Shown here piece by piece: positions 62,386 through 64,000 of a stretch of 64,000 bases of DNA. Source of the DNA: Vulcanimicrobiota bacterium (GTDB lineage Bacteria; Vulcanimicrobiota; Vulcanimicrobiia; Vulcanimicrobiales; Vulcanimicrobiaceae); the NCBI GenBank assembly GCA_963795855.1, contig CAWCIZ010000003.1, positions 896,001 to 960,000 on the forward strand, in the 5' to 3' direction. How positions within the stretch are numbered: the stretch's first letter is position 1; every line of letters starts with the position of its first letter. The position numbers were made by a program, and so were the translations under genes. The notes under the pieces are model-generated. The model searched no databases. It had not been told where the DNA came from and worked only from the letters and a program-made list of their open reading frames with translations.

Positions 62386-62414
62386 ACGTCGAACGGAAAA
62401 GCCGGGATTCGACA
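62386..62414 (-). promoter_or_regulatory. ECF promoter TGTCGA-N14-GTTCGACGT (upstream of yciI-yciI-sigma operon)
   Basis: Repeated upstream of DoxX with identical spacing. Confidence 0.7.
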
Positions 62415-62426
62415 TCGAGCCGGACT

Positions 62427-63995
62427 TTATGCCGGAAGGCCGGCGCGGGCCGGAACGCGCTCGGTCTTGATGAGACGCGAACGCGAAAGCTTATCGTGCA
62501 AGCAAACCCTGGAGAACGGGCTCAGTATTATCACGATCGGCCACGTCACCGCGAGCAGCGCGTAGCGTCCCAGGCTCTGCAAAAAGCTGGGCGAGCGAAA
62601 GTCCAAGCGTACGACTCGAAGTCCGGCAATGAGCATGCCGGGCGTCTGCCCAATCAAACCGACCAGGAGCGCCGAGTACAGCGCCAGCCACTCGGGGATC
62701 GCCTGCATCGAGCCCGCATGGAGCATCGCGCTCTCGTACAGCGCTCGTCCGTCGAACACGATATGCGTCTTCGAACCGGCCTGCGAGGGCGCCGCGGCCG
62801 CTGCCGCGCTCGCATCAGGGTGCGAACCCAAGAAGACGGTCTGCACGATCGCCGTCACGATGATCAGATCCAGCATGGTTGCGGCAAAGCGTCGCCACCA
62901 GCCGGCGCAGTCGCTTTTGGTTACCGCGAGCAGTCCGGCTTCCGGCAGCGCGGGCGGCTGCGCACCGGCTTCTTCCACAAACCGTTCCTCGTGAATCAGG
63001 TACAGGTTCGTCTGGATGAAGGCGCGGAGCGCTTCGATACGCGTCGTCTCGTACGGAGTCGAGCCTATCCACTCGCCGAGCTTGAAGACCGAGTCCCCGC
63101 GTACGTCCGTGAATTGCTGCGCGAACATTTGATAATCGATCTTGCGCCCGAAATGGCCGAACGAAGCGATGGCGATGGCGCGCGTCGCCGAATCGAGCGA
63201 ACCGCAGCACAACAGCCCGATGCGATCGCATGTCAATTCGATTTTACGAAGCCAAGCGCCGAACACCAGTGAAACGATGACGTTTTCTTTGCCGTTGACG
63301 CTGAGCAGCGAGGTCAGACGCGTGTGGCCGGCGGCCATATGGCCGAATTCGCGTCCGATCATGAACGTCAGTTCGTCTTCTTTGAAGTGCTCGATCCAAA
63401 TGCTCGAGATGACGATGGAGTACGGCTCGCCGAACCCGACCGCGAGCACGGGCACGTGGTAGTCTTCGCGCACGAAAACCAGCGGCATAGGCAATCCGAG
63501 CGCCGCCGCGCAGCGTTTGACGATGCTGAAAACCTGCGGGTACTGCGACTCGTGGATGCGCACGCTGGTTCCCACAAGGCGTCCTCGCGCAAGCGTGACG
63601 TAGACCATCGCGATGACTAGAAAGAACGCGACCTGCGATATCCCGACTTCCTCGTGTATGACGAAGCCAATCGCGGCTGCGGCGGGAAACGCGAAAATCA
63701 ACGTCAAGTACAGTGAGAGCCGCTCGCGCGGAAACGTGAGCGAAAGCGGCCCGCGGAAGAGATCGCGCACGACCGTCTTCTCGTCTTTTAGTTGCTCCCA
63801 GTCCTGCGGGATCGACGCGCGCAATGACAGGCGTATGGCATCCGCGTGAGCAATGCTGTCGCTATGGCCGTTACCCTCGAGCCCGTCATCGGGCTCGCGA
63901 AGGACGAGTTCACGCACCCGCTGCCTCCGCCCCTTAAATGGGCGGGCGGTAAACGTTGGCTCGTACCGCATTTGCTGGGGTGGTGGAACGGTCAC
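62427..63995 (-). CDS. M48-like peptidase domain + RDD domain membrane protein (start uncertain, near window edge)
   Basis: DELTFMIGREFGH, ELTCDRIG, STP..TTRI; AGWWRRFAATMLD and GQTPGMLIAGLRV (RDD). Confidence 0.8.
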   Translation of the reverse strand: MTVPPPQQMRYEPTFTARPFKGRRQRVRELVLREPDDGLEGNGHSDSIAHADAIRLSLRASIPQDWEQLKDEKTVVRDLFRGPLSLTFPRERLSLYLTLIFAFPAAAAIGFVIHEEVGISQVAFFLVIAMVYVTLARGRLVGTSVRIHESQYPQVFSIVKRCAAALGLPMPLVFVREDYHVPVLAVGFGEPYSIVISSIWIEHFKEDELTFMIGREFGHMAAGHTRLTSLLSVNGKENVIVSLVFGAWLRKIELTCDRIGLLCCGSLDSATRAIAIASFGHFGRKIDYQMFAQQFTDVRGDSVFKLGEWIGSTPYETTRIEALRAFIQTNLYLIHEERFVEEAGAQPPALPEAGLLAVTKSDCAGWWRRFAATMLDLIIVTAIVQTVFLGSHPDASAAAAAAPSQAGSKTHIVFDGRALYESAMLHAGSMQAIPEWLALYSALLVGLIGQTPGMLIAGLRVVRLDFRSPSFLQSLGRYALLAVTWPIVIILSPFSRVCLHDKLSRSRLIKTERVPARAGLPA

Positions 63996-64000
63996 GACGA

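Noticed and set aside
57981..64000. Genomic island integrated at tRNA-Thr
   Set aside because: No integrase and no duplicated tRNA 3' end seen within the window

Overview
GC-rich bacterial chromosomal segment. A Candidatus Eremiobacterota/Vulcanimicrobiota-like origin is my impression from gene content, not a verified assignment. Positions 1-33 kb form a dense cluster of mostly secreted hydrolases: DacB/S13, three S9 peptidases, three class-C-like serine hydrolases, a class-A-like serine hydrolase, an M3 peptidase, a zinc metalloprotease and an Ntn acylase, with an ECF sigma/anti-sigma pair. Positions 33-50 kb hold a MoaD + BNR pair, glutamine synthetase, a TPR-LuxR regulator flanked by lipoproteins, rpsR-rplI-lonC-dnaB (rpsF and ssb absent), MerR/TipAS and 2-oxoacid:ferredoxin oxidoreductase. 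Positions 50-64 kb hold two paralogous lipoproteins, a second TPR-LuxR, a PAS-GGDEF-EAL gene, tRNA-Thr(CGT) and a YciI/ECF/DoxX module. About 20 genes, including dnaB, are split by 1-bp indels that look like long-read errors; at least 8 are single-base insertions exactly in the middle of AGCT, suggesting a host DNA modification at that site. The best candidate for an undescribed system is the TPR-LuxR regulators paired with lipoproteins carrying a conserved [D/N]xxGG(x)P peptide (RPMDVWGGPSG twice), a possible peptide-sensing circuit. A structured S6:S18-leader-like RNA directly upstream of rpsR is also notable. No CRISPR array, transposase or prophage genes were seen. All family calls come from motif recognition, not database searches.
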